This document shows, piece after piece, positions 9,270 to 19,468 of a DNA stretch of 64,000 nt. The translations under genes were made by a program, and so were the position numbers. The stretch comes from Candidatus Latescibacterota bacterium. Lineage in GTDB: Bacteria; Latescibacterota; UBA2968; GCA-2709665. The stretch covers positions 3,168,001 to 3,232,000 of the forward strand of contig OZ252100.1 of NCBI GenBank assembly GCA_965248435.1, read 5' to 3'. Numbering within the stretch: the stretch's first letter is position 1; every line of letters starts with the position of its first letter. The notes below the pieces were generated by a model that was not told where the DNA came from, ran no database searches, and was given only the letters and a program-made list of their open reading frames with translations.

Positions 9270-9428
9270 ATGTGACTCCTTCTGAAAGCACCCGTGCGCG
9301 TGAATCAGGGAGCGATTCTACATCTCGGATGATTTAAGGATAACACTCGAACGGGCGGAAAGCTAAACGAAAAAGTGTAGAAGCAGGCGGCCTCCAGGAG
9401 CATCCAAAACTGCGGTTTAACCGCTCGC

Positions 9429-12194
9429 TCAACCTCCAAGCTTCAAGATTTCCCTGGCGAAAGAGAGTTGAACAACACGATTTCGAAACGTGCCCGGTCC
9501 CTCGCTGAAGTCACTCAGCCCCAGGTTGTAACGAAGGTCTATCTGAAACCCGATCGGGAGGTCCAGGCCGGCGCCCAGAACTAAACTGGCCTCTGACCGC
9601 TTGATGTTGTCGTCGATGTCAAAACTTTGCTTTCTGCCCGCGTCCGTTATGACGGTGGTTCCACCTACCGGAAAACCGATCTGAGGTCCCAGATAGATTC
9701 GGGCTGATCTCGATAATTGACGACCGATGAGAACTGGAATGAGGATGTAGCGGACTCTGTTCGTCTCTTCCAATGCCCCAACTGTCCTGTTGTAGCCCTG
9801 GTTCGAGTAAGTCAATTCCGGCTGCAGGAACCAGCCGTGCTTGAGAAAGATTTTTTCATAGAGCCCGGCGTGCCATGCCCATCGGGACGATGTCTCGGCC
9901 GCATCTCCGGAGACCGTGGCAGCGTTGACACCGGCCCTGAAGCCCAGTCTTGGTCCCCCCGCCTGCTGCTTCTTTCCGTTGGGACGGCGATAGATCCCTA
10001 TCCGCTCTTCCAACTCCTGGTCACGCTTCGCCGCTTTTTGGAGCGCTTTCGCCTCATCGCAGGAGATAACCCGGTTCCCTTTGGCCCTGAATCCAAAAAG
10101 CGATTTGATACAGTGCCCGATTACGCGTTTCCGAAAAACCAAGCGGTAGGCCTCCGGGGCTGCGTACCGTGGATAATGCGCATCGGGATCGACCTGATCG
10201 AGTCGACGGTTGAGTTCCAAAAGCTGCGTCTCGAGGAGGACGCGGCCGCGGGTGAAGGAGAGAAGGTCTCGCGTGTATGCCCCTCCCTCAGCGTAGGCGA
10301 CGGTTGCGATCCGGTCGGCTTTCAGACGGCTTGTCGTGCTCTCCCGGGATAGGATATTTCGTACCGTGTCACGGAGGGCAGCCCGATCAGAATCGAGGAT
10401 CGTTCCGATCTTGGCCAGGGCGTCGAGTACCTCCTCCGACTCCTCCCTGGCGACGCCCGCCATGAACTCGACCACCCCCTGCTGCTGGGAGCGCGTGAAG
10501 CGTCCAGTGTTTCCGAAGTCGATGATCGTCAGGTGAGAGTTTCCCACAAAGCGGTCCTCGAACTGTCCCTCGCCCTCCTGAAGCGAGAAGAAGACGTTTC
10601 CCGAATGAAGGTCTCCGTGGAAGAAACCGCTTCCTAACAGTGCCTCTTGCATCCAGAGTTTTGCCAGCTCAAAAAGGGCTTCACCTTCGGACGACAACAG
10701 GTTTGCCAGGTAGTGGTCGGCAACCGCGCGATTGGCCTTGTGTGTTTCAGCTCTGACGGTGGCGTCTACCTCGGTGAGTTTCTCGTTGATCTTGTCGAGC
10801 GTGGGCGCGTCGACGAATTCGATCGCCACGAGAGAGTCAGAGGGGGAAACGAACTCAACCACGCGAGCGACCCCGATTCTGGGATGTCGGTAAACCCGAG
10901 TGGCTTCTCGAATTTCGTCGGCCTCGCGACCCAGGTTCATCTCCCGTTCCAGCGTTGCACGCACGTCTTTGATCAGCTTTTTCGCGAAAGGCGTTTCTGC
11001 GGCGCCCTCGAAGAGCGCCATCTCCCGTTCTACAGATTCTATCAACCCGGGACGCTTGACTTTGATGATGAATCGCCTCGAGCGAGCCGAACCCTTATCC
11101 ACGGTCACTTTGTGCGCCTGTGCAATCGTACCCGCGCCGACGGCTCGATAATCTACCGTGAGGCGGGGATAGATCGAATCAGGGACGGACCGGCGAAGAA
11201 CGGAATCGATCGTTTCTCGGATGTCTTGTTCTCCATACACTTTGATCCCGCTCTTCAACTCGTTCAGCTGCGCGCGAACCTTCGGATTGTTCGTGTAGTC
11301 GGCGATCATCTGGAAGAGTTTCTGGAGAACCGGGCCGCTCGCGTGAAACATCGCCGCCATCCGGCGGTGAGGCTCTGCCATAAGGTAGTGGATGGCCATC
11401 CGGTGTTTATCCCTGAAGGTCCGATAGTAGATCGGGAGGTGAAGATTCAGGAGCTCGGCGTATTTTTCGGGCATTCCCGCAGTCAGGGCACCGATATCCA
11501 TCATCTGGCTGAAGTCGATAGAGTTCGAAGATACCTGGCCGTTGCCCAGCAGGCGATCGTTGACAGTATTGACGATGTCCACGTAGAAGCTGTCACTGAA
11601 GGCGTGGTCGATGAGTTGTCGCCGTTGCGAAAGGTCCAGATCTCTATAGACACGCTCGAGCACCCCGAGGGCAGCGGTGCGTGCCGCAGGCACTGCGCAA
11701 GGATCGGCGCTAGAGTCCACGAGCTGTGCAAACTCACTCCAGGCGCTCTCGACCCAGCCCGTCGTCTGTATGACGAGCCTTCTACAGACCAGGGAGTCGA
11801 CCCGTGACTGGAGGGCGTTGACATCTCCGACGAGGTCTTTGACCTGCGCCGCTTCGGTAATATGGGGAAGGCCGCCATTCAGCCATTGGAGGAGATCCGG
11901 ATACTTCGCAGCGACCGTCTTGAGGCGCTCAGCGCTTTCCTGCGTCCGTTGGAGATCCGTTCGTGATAGGGCACAGGCGTGAACGATTTCTGCGAGGAAG
12001 ATTCGGAACAGGGGCCCGTCTGCTCGATCCTGACTCTGCAAGATGGTTTGGAGCTGGTCTGCGGGGTATTCAGGAAGGAGGAGCGGCTGGGCGGCTGCTC
12101 TGGAGTAGAACAGCGCGGGCCATATCAGAAGGGTGAGCCAGCGAGGAAAAATCCGGACGAAGTGGCCACGGGTCCGTGTTTGGGGAGAGGCCAT
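9429..12194 (-). CDS. Signal peptide + AarF/ABC1/UbiB atypical kinase + C-terminal PorT-like outer-membrane beta-barrel fusion
   Basis: GPVLQKLFQ, GAGTIAQAH, IKVKRPG, FFHGDLHSGN and IIDFG kinase motifs; last ~175 aa read LGFRAGVN...LQPELTYSNQG...YILIPV...IYLGPQIG...IDLRYNLGLSD...NRVVQLS. Confidence 0.85.
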   Translation of the reverse strand: MASPQTRTRGHFVRIFPRWLTLLIWPALFYSRAAAQPLLLPEYPADQLQTILQSQDRADGPLFRIFLAEIVHACALSRTDLQRTQESAERLKTVAAKYPDLLQWLNGGLPHITEAAQVKDLVGDVNALQSRVDSLVCRRLVIQTTGWVESAWSEFAQLVDSSADPCAVPAARTAALGVLERVYRDLDLSQRRQLIDHAFSDSFYVDIVNTVNDRLLGNGQVSSNSIDFSQMMDIGALTAGMPEKYAELLNLHLPIYYRTFRDKHRMAIHYLMAEPHRRMAAMFHASGPVLQKLFQMIADYTNNPKVRAQLNELKSGIKVYGEQDIRETIDSVLRRSVPDSIYPRLTVDYRAVGAGTIAQAHKVTVDKGSARSRRFIIKVKRPGLIESVEREMALFEGAAETPFAKKLIKDVRATLEREMNLGREADEIREATRVYRHPRIGVARVVEFVSPSDSLVAIEFVDAPTLDKINEKLTEVDATVRAETHKANRAVADHYLANLLSSEGEALFELAKLWMQEALLGSGFFHGDLHSGNVFFSLQEGEGQFEDRFVGNSHLTIIDFGNTGRFTRSQQQGVVEFMAGVAREESEEVLDALAKIGTILDSDRAALRDTVRNILSRESTTSRLKADRIATVAYAEGGAYTRDLLSFTRGRVLLETQLLELNRRLDQVDPDAHYPRYAAPEAYRLVFRKRVIGHCIKSLFGFRAKGNRVISCDEAKALQKAAKRDQELEERIGIYRRPNGKKQQAGGPRLGFRAGVNAATVSGDAAETSSRWAWHAGLYEKIFLKHGWFLQPELTYSNQGYNRTVGALEETNRVRYILIPVLIGRQLSRSARIYLGPQIGFPVGGTTVITDAGRKQSFDIDDNIKRSEASLVLGAGLDLPIGFQIDLRYNLGLSDFSEGPGTFRNRVVQLSFAREILKLGG

Positions 12195-12228
12195 GGGTAA
12201 GATCTAATTCGGGTTAAGGAAATTGGCC

Positions 12229-13662
12229 TCAGGCATGAACCGGTGGTCGTTTGTGGACCCAGGGTTTGGCCTCTTCCAGCTGTGCGCCGAGTCTGAACAG
12301 CAGGGCCTCATCTGCGTACCGACTAACGAATTGTACGCCGACCGGGAGGTTGTCTGACGTCCAGTGCAGGGGGACAGACATGGCCGGACCTCCGCTCACG
12401 TTGAACAAGGGGGTCAGCGAAGCGTAGCTCCACAGTTGATTTATGTATGCCTCGGCGTCTTCCACCATCATGTCGAGGGTCCCGAGCGGCAGCGGGGGTT
12501 TGGGGAGCGTTGGGGTAACCAGCACATCGTATTTCTCGAAGAAATGGCCGACCTGACGGCCGACGCGATGAAGCGTCTGTGTGGCCGTCACGTAAGCAGA
12601 CGCCCGGGCTGTGTCGCCTATTTTGGCGATCTGCCAGGTTACGTTTTCGAATTCGGACGGGCTCGCTTTCCGACCCCTGGCTGCGGAATATTGTTCCACG
12701 GTAGAGGACACGCTGGCGGACATGATGATCTTGATGGCGTTGAAGATCTCATCTGCCGACACCTGAGGCGACGCTTCCTCTACTTTGTGACCCAGGTCCG
12801 CGACGAGCTTTACGGCGTCTTCCATGGCCTGAACACACTCGGGATGCACCGGGACCCCTGAGGGCGGCACGGACGAAAAGGCTATGCGCAGGTTTTCGAC
12901 GTCTGCGCCCACCTCTTCGATGAAGGGTCGCTCCGGGGGCGGTGTGTAGTATGGTGCCCCGATATCGGGACCCGAGGTCAAGTCCATCATCGCGGCGCTA
13001 TCCCGGACCGTACGACTGAGTACGTGCTCGACGCTCATCCCACTCCATCCCTCACCGCGGTCGGGTCCGGCGGGATTGCGTCCTCTTGTCGGCTTCAGAC
13101 CAAACAGCCCGCAGCAGGAGGCCGGAATGCGTATCGATCCGCCCCCGTCACTCCCGCTGGCGATGGGGACGATGCCGGCGGCGATCGCTGCTGCCGAACC
13201 CCCGCTGGAGCCCCCCGGTATACGTTCTGTGTTCCAAGGGTTGCGCGTCGGGCCGAACAGCTGAGGCTCCGTCGCCGCATTGAGGCCGAATTCAGGTGTG
13301 TTGGTCTTTCCGAAGATGACCAACCCACCCTGCCTATAGCGGCGGACCATCTCGGTGTCGTGATCCGGTAGATTATCGATCAGGAAGCGACTGCCGCTGG
13401 TTGATGCGAAACCGGTGCAGTGGGCATGGATGTCCTTAAGGAGAAACGGCACACCCGTGAAGGGTCCATCCGTCAACCCGGCTGCGATGGCCGCCCGGGC
13501 ATGGTCATACATTTCTGCCACGACGGCATTGATCTCGGGGTTCACACGTTCTGTACGGGCGATCGCCTCGTCGAGCAGGTCATCAGCCGAGACCTGCCTG
13601 GACCGTACGAGGTTTGCTAGGCCGAGCCCATCGAAATCACCGTAATCACTGAATCCGCTCAT
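12229..13662 (-). CDS. Amidase-signature family amidase
   Basis: [39 protein letters not shown]. Confidence 0.95.
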   Translation of the reverse strand: MSGFSDYGDFDGLGLANLVRSRQVSADDLLDEAIARTERVNPEINAVVAEMYDHARAAIAAGLTDGPFTGVPFLLKDIHAHCTGFASTSGSRFLIDNLPDHDTEMVRRYRQGGLVIFGKTNTPEFGLNAATEPQLFGPTRNPWNTERIPGGSSGGSAAAIAAGIVPIASGSDGGGSIRIPASCCGLFGLKPTRGRNPAGPDRGEGWSGMSVEHVLSRTVRDSAAMMDLTSGPDIGAPYYTPPPERPFIEEVGADVENLRIAFSSVPPSGVPVHPECVQAMEDAVKLVADLGHKVEEASPQVSADEIFNAIKIIMSASVSSTVEQYSAARGRKASPSEFENVTWQIAKIGDTARASAYVTATQTLHRVGRQVGHFFEKYDVLVTPTLPKPPLPLGTLDMMVEDAEAYINQLWSYASLTPLFNVSGGPAMSVPLHWTSDNLPVGVQFVSRYADEALLFRLGAQLEEAKPWVHKRPPVHA

Positions 13663-13717
13663 CGATTCTTCCTTTGCCTACGTCGCTTCGGCGGAACATC
13701 CACGCTTGGATCTTCCT

Positions 13718-13746
13718 TTGACATTTTCCTGTACGAGATTTATCAT
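13718..13746 (+). promoter_or_regulatory. Sigma70 promoter upstream of the PhyH gene
   Basis: TTGACA-N17-TATCAT. Confidence 0.65.
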
Positions 13747-13812
13747 TCGCTGATGTTACGAAGTTCCTGAAGCCATTGTGCAACACCATGATACTAAAGA
13801 AAAGGGCGGGGA

Positions 13813-14670
13813 ATGGAGATAAATCTTGGCGCGCAGCTTCTCCCTGAGGAGACGATCCGGCAGTTTGATGAGGAAGGGTATCTGATCATTCGCGAGGCGC
13901 TGGACGTGGGGACGATAGACTTGCTCACAGAGGCTGGCGACCGTCTCGTGTCCAGCGATCGTTCTGAGAACCGCCAAAGGAGTGAGGATGGTCAGTACGA
14001 CAGCTTTCGCAACTGCATTGCTCTGGACGATGCCTTTGTTCCACTCCTGGTCCACGGGAAGGTCTTTCCGATCGTCGTTCAGCTGCTGGGAGCCTACCTC
14101 CATTTAACGACTTCACATCTGATCTATAAATTCCCTGATCCCCACGACACATCCGCCTCGGTCCGTTCCCCTGAGTGGCATCGCGATTATGGGCGCCTGA
14201 CTCAGGATCTGGGTCACGCGGCGGTCCCGCGCGCTATGTTGAAGTGCGCTTATTACTTGACCGATTTGATCGAGCCGAACTCGGGAGCGACGCTGGTTGT
14301 GCCTGGAAGCAACCTGCTTCGCAAGCCGCTGGAGATTGCAGAGGGAGAGGCTGATCCTGATGGCGTTTTTGAGCCGCGTTTGAGGCGTGGAGACTGTCTT
14401 CTATTCGAGAACCGAACCTGGCACGCAGGCGCTGCGAACCTTTCTGATCACACGCGCAAGGCTGTTATGTTCGGGTATGGCTATCGCTGGGCTGCGCCGA
14501 TCGACTATCGAACTCAACCTGCTTCATTGTTAGAAAAGGTAGATCCATTGGGGCGCTATCTTCTGGGTGAACCCATGAAGGCGTCCAGCGAGTACCAGAT
14601 TAGCGGGGGGGAGAGCCCCCTGAGAGCCTGGTGTGAGAAACATGGGCTGCCTCTAGTGAGACCGCAGTAG
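13813..14670 (+). CDS. Phytanoyl-CoA dioxygenase (PhyH) family Fe(II)/2OG oxygenase
   Basis: FDEEGYLII, WHRD, VVPGSN, WHAG...R triad pattern. Confidence 0.9.
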   Translation: MEINLGAQLLPEETIRQFDEEGYLIIREALDVGTIDLLTEAGDRLVSSDRSENRQRSEDGQYDSFRNCIALDDAFVPLLVHGKVFPIVVQLLGAYLHLTTSHLIYKFPDPHDTSASVRSPEWHRDYGRLTQDLGHAAVPRAMLKCAYYLTDLIEPNSGATLVVPGSNLLRKPLEIAEGEADPDGVFEPRLRRGDCLLFENRTWHAGAANLSDHTRKAVMFGYGYRWAAPIDYRTQPASLLEKVDPLGRYLLGEPMKASSEYQISGGESPLRAWCEKHGLPLVRPQ

Positions 14671-14674
14671 AAGC

Positions 14675-14761
14675 AGTTTCGAGTTGCGAGTTTAAAGTTT
14701 CTAGTCAAAACCGAAGCTCATCTGATATGAACTAGAAACCCGAGACTAGAAACCAGAAACT
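14675..14761. repeat. Inverted clusters of 7-bp repeats between convergent genes
   Basis: AGTTTCG AGTTGCG AGTTTAA AGTTTCT AGT ... ACTAGAA ACCCGAG ACTAGAA ACCAGAA ACT. Confidence 0.55.
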
Positions 14762-15399
14762 TTTTTCTGCCAGTTAAGCGCCAGGGCTTTCACGGCCAGG
14801 TAGAGGACGGCTCCGTTCAAGATGTGCCAGAGGAAGTGGGTACCGAAGGGCACAAGATCACAAACGACGGAATCTATCGTGCGGAAGGTGAGTGAGACCA
14901 GGAAGATTGCGGATGCAACGAGCAGGGCCAGGCGTGCCCGCTTTTTGGTGATGTAGTGGTATGATCCAAAACAGATCAAGACCAGGAGGCCGGGGGCGTA
15001 TGAAAGCGACCTGTTCAAGACATCAGGGAGCTGCCTTCCGAGAACGGCCAAGATGAAGAAGCAGCAAAGGGTCGCTCCGGATGCTGCCCGGCTCAGCTGG
15101 ATGATCCGCCTCGAGTAGAGCCAAACGAAACATATTTGAAAGAGGAGGATCGGGGTCACGTCGAGAAGCTGTGCCCAGGTCGTCGCGAGGGTGTGAAATA
15201 AGGTGCTGCCGATCCCGATCGCGAGGATGAGCGCGATCAGAAGCGTGGCCGCGCTCGATTCCCTGTCGGAGTTACGGACCAACCTCCAGGCGGCCCAGGC
15301 TGCGGCGAAGAACGCGAGGTTCGTCAGCGCATTCATCGGTTCCGCCCATAGCCCGGGCTCGGTTCGCTCGCAGTATAGATCGACGCACCCAGAGGTCAC
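14746..15399 (-). CDS. Ceramidase-like (CREST superfamily) membrane protein
   Basis: YCER...WAEPMNALTN, GSTLFH, GTHFLWH motifs; about 7 hydrophobic segments. Confidence 0.82.
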   Translation of the reverse strand: MTSGCVDLYCERTEPGLWAEPMNALTNLAFFAAAWAAWRLVRNSDRESSAATLLIALILAIGIGSTLFHTLATTWAQLLDVTPILLFQICFVWLYSRRIIQLSRAASGATLCCFFILAVLGRQLPDVLNRSLSYAPGLLVLICFGSYHYITKKRARLALLVASAIFLVSLTFRTIDSVVCDLVPFGTHFLWHILNGAVLYLAVKALALNWQKKVSGF

Positions 15400-15504
15400 G
15401 GGTTGCCCCTATTCGCTACGATTTCTGAATCTCGGAGCGCGCAGACTCGTTAAAGGGAGTGAATCAAGAGGACTACACGACACTCTAAGATGGGGGTCTA
15501 AAGG

Positions 15505-15783
15505 ATGGAACGGAAACGATTTTGGCTCTTGACTGCTGTGGTGATCGCATCCGGCCTGCTCGGGGGATCGGTATCGACCCTGTTTCTGAATGGTGGTTCA
15601 GTCTTCGCCAAGTCAACGGAGGTTGTCGAGGCAAGGGAATTTCACCTGACGGACAAAGAAGGGAATGTCGTGGCCAAGCTGTTCGCCGTGAATCCTGGAC
15701 ATCCGGTCCTGCATCTGACTGATGGCGCGGGAAACTCCGTATGGACGATGCCACCCGAGACCAAGATGATGTTTGTGAAGTAG
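15505..15783 (+). CDS. Small exported or membrane-anchored hypothetical protein
   Basis: Hydrophobic N-terminus followed by VVEAREFHLTDKEG. Confidence 0.6.
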   Translation: MERKRFWLLTAVVIASGLLGGSVSTLFLNGGSVFAKSTEVVEAREFHLTDKEGNVVAKLFAVNPGHPVLHLTDGAGNSVWTMPPETKMMFVK

Positions 15784-15807
15784 CTCGGCTCTCAGAAACA
15801 GAATCGG

Positions 15808-16563
15808 CTACTTTCTTGTGGCCACAAAGAGCATGGCAGATTCGATCTTGGTGATCCTGCCGCCGTGCTGCTCGATCACTTGCCTTATGCCCTCGAAGAG
15901 TCCTTCTCGCGTCTCAGGATCGAGCTTCTGGTGGCTCGAGTTGGTGTTGAGCAATCCGACGAAATTATCCGCGTTGAAGTCCTGTTCCCACTGATAGGTC
16001 CTCACCTCGACCTGTGAAAACAGGCCTGTGTCCAGTATCTCCAGCTCGGAATTCCGGATCGACTTGTAGAAGTTCCTCTGTGAATCCTCCAGCCCGGGCG
16101 CAAATTTCCGATATACCTGACGGATGTCTTCAAATACCGGTGAGAAGGATGGCACGTGGTTCATCCAGAACGGTGCGAACACACCCCTTTCTTTCAAACA
16201 GCCAGCGACCTTCTGATACTTCGTCTGAGGATCCAGGAAGTGGAATGCGGTCGCAGAGGTGCAGAGATCGTATCGATCTTCCGGTTCCCATTCCTCGAAG
16301 ACCATGTTTCGAAATGAGACATTTGAGAAGTCCTGGAGCTTCTGTTTCGCGATTCTGATCAAGTCCGGTCCGGGTTCAATGCAGAGGATCGAGAAGCCCA
16401 TCTGCGCGAGCGCTTCGGTTGCCTTTCCCGTGCCGCTCCCGACCTCGAGGACCTTCGCGTCCGATGAGACTCCCGACAGCTCGCGCAGGTCGTCGAACAG
16501 CTTTGCGGGATAGGTTTGACGATACCTCTCGTACTCGGAGGCAAGGTTGTCAAATACCTGCAC
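15808..16563 (-). CDS. Class I SAM-dependent methyltransferase
   Basis: VLEVGSGTGKAT, SATAFH. Confidence 0.9.
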   Translation of the reverse strand: MQVFDNLASEYERYRQTYPAKLFDDLRELSGVSSDAKVLEVGSGTGKATEALAQMGFSILCIEPGPDLIRIAKQKLQDFSNVSFRNMVFEEWEPEDRYDLCTSATAFHFLDPQTKYQKVAGCLKERGVFAPFWMNHVPSFSPVFEDIRQVYRKFAPGLEDSQRNFYKSIRNSELEILDTGLFSQVEVRTYQWEQDFNADNFVGLLNTNSSHQKLDPETREGLFEGIRQVIEQHGGRITKIESAMLFVATRK

Positions 16564-16621
16564 GATATCAGGATACTTTTCGAAATGAGAGATTTCGGGC
16601 CTCCTCGGTCGCCGGCTCCGA

Positions 16622-17944
16622 TCAAAAATGCGGTAGAACCCAAAGCACCCACGATGCCCACACGACAGCCGGTATCATCGCTAGAGCCATCGATTCTCGA
16701 AAGATGTTTACCCATTCATCAGATTTCGCCTGCCAGAGTCTCGCGACGACGATTGCGAGGATCAGCAATGTGACGATGTTCCAACCGAGAACGGCGTGGC
16801 GATTCGGCGTTAGTCCAAGTGTTGTAGTACGAGTGATGATCGCCGCCAACGCATAGATGTTGAGGAGAATCGTCAGGAGGCCTACGGAGAGGATTGCGTG
16901 GCGCAGCATCCGGTCGAGCGCCTCGGTCCGCTGCTCATCCGATTCTGTAGCCGCGGCGGCTAGCAAGGCAATGATCGCCATAATCGTGGCGTTGTAGACG
17001 ATGAGGACCTCACGCTCCTCGAAGGGTCGCCAGAAGTATAGAGGAATGAACCAGCAGACGTAGACCGCCAGCACACCAAGGGCAAGTGGCAGCAACAGTC
17101 GGGTCAATATCCTGAGGATGCGTGCCAGGCCTGTAGCCCAGTTTTGATCGGTCGGGCTCAGCGCGGGATCATAGACACTCGCCAGGGCCAGTATCGGGAT
17201 GACACCCATCCCCCAGGCCGCCACGGTTCGAAGGCTATCCTGGGAAAGCTCCATTCCCAGAACGTTGAATATCCCGAAGGTCAGTCCTCCAAATATTACC
17301 CCGGCAACAAAATAGACACCGGCGGTCAGCATCGTCTCTACCGACTTCACGAGGAAGGCATAAAACTGGCGAGCCCTATCTGGGTCACCGAAGGCCAAAG
17401 CTCCCCCTACGACTGACCAAACGACGAACGGGAGATGCAGCGAGACAAGGATCGCCTTTTGACCTGTTTCGCCCCAAGCCATAAGCGCAGTTATCAGACC
17501 GGCAAGGGATATGATCAAGGCTACTGTTCCGAACCGCCTGAGACGGTCCCCGATTGGATTCGTCATCGCAAGAAAGAAGAGAAGGCCCAACGCGGTCAGG
17601 GGCCCCCACCCGATCCAAAACAGTGGATTTGCCTGATTAGGATCCGGCACGGGAGGTTTGTCACCTGCGAAAAGCGCGTAGAGTGCGCCCAAAACAACGC
17701 TGCCGGCAATGGCCACCCACCAATGGCGGTCCTTGTCTGGAATTGGAGCTCCCGACGCCGCTTCCGGGGGTTGGTGAATGTCCAGTCGGTAGGACCATGC
17801 TGAAAAAAGCGTATCGTCCGGATACGCCTTTACGGATTCAGCGATGGCTTCTTTAAAGGCCCGCTCCTCATCCGCCTGTCGATACAGCCTCTCCAGCGCG
17901 GCTGCATCTCCTTTTGCTTGTTGGACCTGATCCTTAAGTGTCAT
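16622..17944 (-). CDS. Multi-pass membrane protein (DUF4153-like)
   Basis: LERLYR N-terminus, about 10 TM segments, GLTPNRHAVLGWN C-terminal motif. Confidence 0.7.
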   Translation of the reverse strand: MTLKDQVQQAKGDAAALERLYRQADEERAFKEAIAESVKAYPDDTLFSAWSYRLDIHQPPEAASGAPIPDKDRHWWVAIAGSVVLGALYALFAGDKPPVPDPNQANPLFWIGWGPLTALGLLFFLAMTNPIGDRLRRFGTVALIISLAGLITALMAWGETGQKAILVSLHLPFVVWSVVGGALAFGDPDRARQFYAFLVKSVETMLTAGVYFVAGVIFGGLTFGIFNVLGMELSQDSLRTVAAWGMGVIPILALASVYDPALSPTDQNWATGLARILRILTRLLLPLALGVLAVYVCWFIPLYFWRPFEEREVLIVYNATIMAIIALLAAAATESDEQRTEALDRMLRHAILSVGLLTILLNIYALAAIITRTTTLGLTPNRHAVLGWNIVTLLILAIVVARLWQAKSDEWVNIFRESMALAMIPAVVWASWVLWVLPHF

Positions 17945-18007
17945 TTCTCATCCAAGACGCTATCGGGGACCCTCTCTTGTGGAGTGCCGGCATCAGCGAA
18001 GGCCGCC

Positions 18008-18568
18008 TCACTGCATAAGGTGTGCGAGTGCGGGTTCGATCGTGGAGACAGGATAACAGAGTCTGACCAGGCCGGAGGTGGACGGCGATTCCACTTCGAA
18101 GACCAGGAGGACGGTTTCCTCTTCAGGATCGACGAGTTCGAGAAGGGATGGACTCGTTTCCAACATCGCATCTGCAACCTCTATTTCCAGCTTTGATTTC
18201 CAGGTTTCCTGCAAGTCGTCCATCGTCTTTGTATACCGAAGATTGAGAATGTCACGATGTTCCGGTCCCAGGACGTCGGCTCGGATTTCGTCGAGCCCCA
18301 TCTTCACTTCACTGGAGATGAGCAAGTGGACCGCCTCCAGGGAATAGTCTATAAGTGCAGGGCCGTCGAGTCCTTTGACCGTGAAGGTGTATGTATAGAC
18401 CAGCTCTGGTAGAGAGGCGACGAACTCGCCAAATGTCGTTTGGTCCGAAAACATAAAAACCACCGTGACCTCTTCGCCTACGATTTCGGTGTATGATGAC
18501 GCCATCCTGCTGGCCAGGTTGGCGTGGTGGTGCTCGATCGCTTTCACTTGCACATTGCTCAAGCCCAC
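18008..18568 (-). CDS. FliM/CheC-like middle-domain protein (orphan)
   Basis: DQTTFGEFVASLP...EETVLLVFEV...GLVRLCYPVSTIEP resembles the FliM middle domain. Confidence 0.65.
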   Translation of the reverse strand: MGLSNVQVKAIEHHHANLASRMASSYTEIVGEEVTVVFMFSDQTTFGEFVASLPELVYTYTFTVKGLDGPALIDYSLEAVHLLISSEVKMGLDEIRADVLGPEHRDILNLRYTKTMDDLQETWKSKLEIEVADAMLETSPSLLELVDPEEETVLLVFEVESPSTSGLVRLCYPVSTIEPALAHLMQ

Positions 18569-18581
18569 GGGAGACCTCCAC

Positions 18582-19016
18582 TCAGATTGGGTAGGCCGGC
18601 TCCTCCGACCATCGACAGATTTCTTCGAGGATTCCTGGAATTGTCAACAGGCCCGCGGTCCACAAGTAGACCCGATCCCGCTCCGCCAGTTCGTTCAGTC
18701 CGATCCAGGCCATATCCACGATGATCTGTTTGTCCCCGAGTTCCGGATCGAACCCCCTGGCCGGTTCCTGTGTCCCTACATCTACCCAGTATGTGTAGTG
18801 CTGATCATCGGGAGCGTATGTAGTGACCGCAGTCGGCCGGATCACGACGCCCTCCACACAACATTCTTCTGAGAGTTCCCGGAGTGCGGCCTGTTCCGGG
18901 GTCTCTTCTGCTTCAATCCCTCCCCCAGGCAGACACCACCACTCCTCCTCCTGATGGGCGTGTCTAACCATCAGGAGCTTATTCCGCCTGTAAACGATCG
19001 ACTGTGCGCGTGACAT
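18582..19016 (-). CDS. NUDIX hydrolase
   Basis: Nudix box PGGGIEAEETPEQAALRELSEE. Confidence 0.9.
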   Translation of the reverse strand: MSRAQSIVYRRNKLLMVRHAHQEEEWWCLPGGGIEAEETPEQAALRELSEECCVEGVVIRPTAVTTYAPDDQHYTYWVDVGTQEPARGFDPELGDKQIIVDMAWIGLNELAERDRVYLWTAGLLTIPGILEEICRWSEEPAYPI

Positions 19017-19060
19017 TGGATCTCTGTCAAACAGACCTGGATGCTGGTAGAACAGGATGT

Positions 19061-19420
19061 TCAGATCTTAGCATCGATCTGACCCGCAAAGGTCTGAACC
19101 AGGATCTTCCCGTCTCTAATGACGAACGTGTCGGTGCCCAATGGGACATCGTGTGAGTCGGAGGCGGCGGACCATAAGATGTAGGCGACTTCTCCATGAA
19201 TCACCTGCTGCTGCATATCAAAGGACGTGGAATCGGGTGGAAGCACATTGTCGAAGAAGTGCTCAAACAGAGGCCGAATCTCATCGGAGCCATTCAGTGG
19301 ACCGTCAGGCGTGATGATGACCGACTCATCCGTATAGTCTTCCATAATGGCTTCTACATCTCCCTCGCCAAAGGCCTGAAGGTGGTGCATCAGTACACGC
19401 TCAGTCTGCTCGCTCGACAT
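19061..19420 (-). CDS. SnoaL/NTF2-like protein
   Basis: HHLQAFGEGDVEAIMEDY...GTDTFVIRDGKI. Confidence 0.85.
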   Translation of the reverse strand: MSSEQTERVLMHHLQAFGEGDVEAIMEDYTDESVIITPDGPLNGSDEIRPLFEHFFDNVLPPDSTSFDMQQQVIHGEVAYILWSAASDSHDVPLGTDTFVIRDGKILVQTFAGQIDAKI

Positions 19421-19468
19421 GGTGAATTCCTCCTGCTTACGGTGTGTTCGTGCGCAATTTCCGCCTGA

